The position numbers and the translations under genes were made by a program. A DNA stretch of 64,000 nt from Blepharisma stoltei ATCC 30299 (lineage: Eukaryota > Protista > Ciliophora). The stretch spans positions 1 to 64,000 of the forward strand of contig CBFDEM010000057.1 in the NCBI GenBank assembly GCA_965603825.1. Reading direction: 5' to 3'. Below are positions 63,010 to 64,000 of the stretch, piece after piece; within the stretch, counting starts at the first letter, position 1; each line of letters opens with the position of its first letter. The notes beneath the pieces were generated by a model. The model saw nothing but the letters and a program-made list of their open reading frames with translations, was not told the DNA's origin and ran no database searches.

Positions 63010-63387
63010 TTAAAATCGGGCAAATTTTAAAAAAAAATTAATCCGTCCAAAGAGTGAATAAAGTTTTTTTAGAGAACGATGCACAAAGAAAATAACTTAA
63101 GAAATAAATTTTTTTATTAAATAATTAAAGTATTTTATAAACCAACTCGAATTTTCGCTATTAAAAATTTGTCGATTTATAAAGTTTAAACAACTTGTCT
63201 GATTTGCAAAAGCACAAAATTTTCTATTTAAAATTTATTTAATTTGAATGAATTTTGGGCTTTAATAAAGTTTTTAGTATTATTCTTTAAATTACTTTCC
63301 ATCTCACAAAACTAACTGCCTGATATTTTGTAGTTGTTAATTTTTCGAAAGCAGGCTATTTATGATTTTTATTACTATGGAGTGGAG

Positions 63388-64000
63388 TTAAGAAATGTAG
63401 AATGTCAAATTAATTATTATTACAGTTATCGTAGCTGCAAAATGAGCTGACAATTCTTTTGCATTGGAGTATTGATACATTCGCAAGCCTTAATTTAAGA
63501 CTTGATCCTTTCTAGGTTTTGAAGTATTAAAATATATACTTTTAAAATTAATTTAAGTCTGCAGAATTTTAAAATTGGCTTTGTTTCTTCATTACGCTCA
63601 ACTACTCTCCATCAAACCTTATTATTAGTATTGCAATAGAAGATGCTGATGTACTAAACGATTTAGATTTCACTGGATATCACATTTATACAGATTATAG
63701 TGAAGATGATGAATAGAATCAGAAACAAATTCGGAGGATACACTTCTGCGGTCTTTAGCTGATCTACAGGGTGAAATTCTGGCTGATGCCGAATTAATCC
63801 TGGCCATTGAGAAATCAGACCATAAATTTAAAGACTTACTTAAAGATTTGAGTGATATTTGCTTTATTTCATTGTAGTTTCTGACTGAGCTTCATCGTTT
63901 ATGGCAAGTTACAGCTATTTCTGATTAAATACTTAAACTCATAAATATCGTTTAGTTAGAAAATTAATAAAAAGCTAAATAAAATGCAATATTAAAGTTA
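63388..64000 (+). repeat. Duplicated segment: 63388-63615 resembles 55684-56045 and 63881-64000 resembles 61798-61940
   Basis: Shared TGTCAAATTAATTATTATT, TTAAAATTAATTTAAGT and a near-identical CTTAAACTCATAAATATCGTTTAGTTAGAAAATTAATAAAA..AATATTAAAGTTA block. Confidence 0.85.

Noticed and set aside
1-64000. Treating the many TGA-split ORFs as pseudogenes or selenoproteins
   Set aside because: TGA falls at conserved Trp positions in MAPK, cyclin, FW, WD40 and APE domains, so this is code reassignment.

Overview
Left end of a somatic (macronuclear-type) chromosome of a heterotrich ciliate, almost certainly Blepharisma. Evidence: a 1.8 kb (CCCTAACA)n telomere, UGA read as Trp throughout (so the standard-code ORF track fragments most genes), and 15-nt GT..AG introns with an invariant A at -6. 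There are three zones. (1) 1.8-28 kb is a gene-poor subtelomere holding about 12 intact or decayed copies of a kelch-like beta-propeller family (several ending in CaaX boxes), a pseudo-MAPK, an F-box gene, a cyclin-Y-like relic, a divergent Rab and NBR1. Several kelch-like copies are interrupted by TA-bounded, IES-like inserts whose precise removal restores the local reading frame. (2) 28-55.5 kb is a compact block of ordinary genes: SDA1, EF-hand proteins, HMG box, an aquaporin with NPT/NPT motifs, NEK kinase, a 1973-aa GPI-type surface protein, RBR ligase, WD40 and LITAF. It also contains one GC-rich structured-RNA candidate. (3) 56-64 kb holds a decayed APE-RT non-LTR retrotransposon with a tandemly duplicated zinc-finger C-terminal domain, flanked by sequence that recurs in an element-free duplicate, plus a second pseudo-MAPK. 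At three gene ends UGA appears to act as a stop codon. All analysis is by eye; no searches were run.
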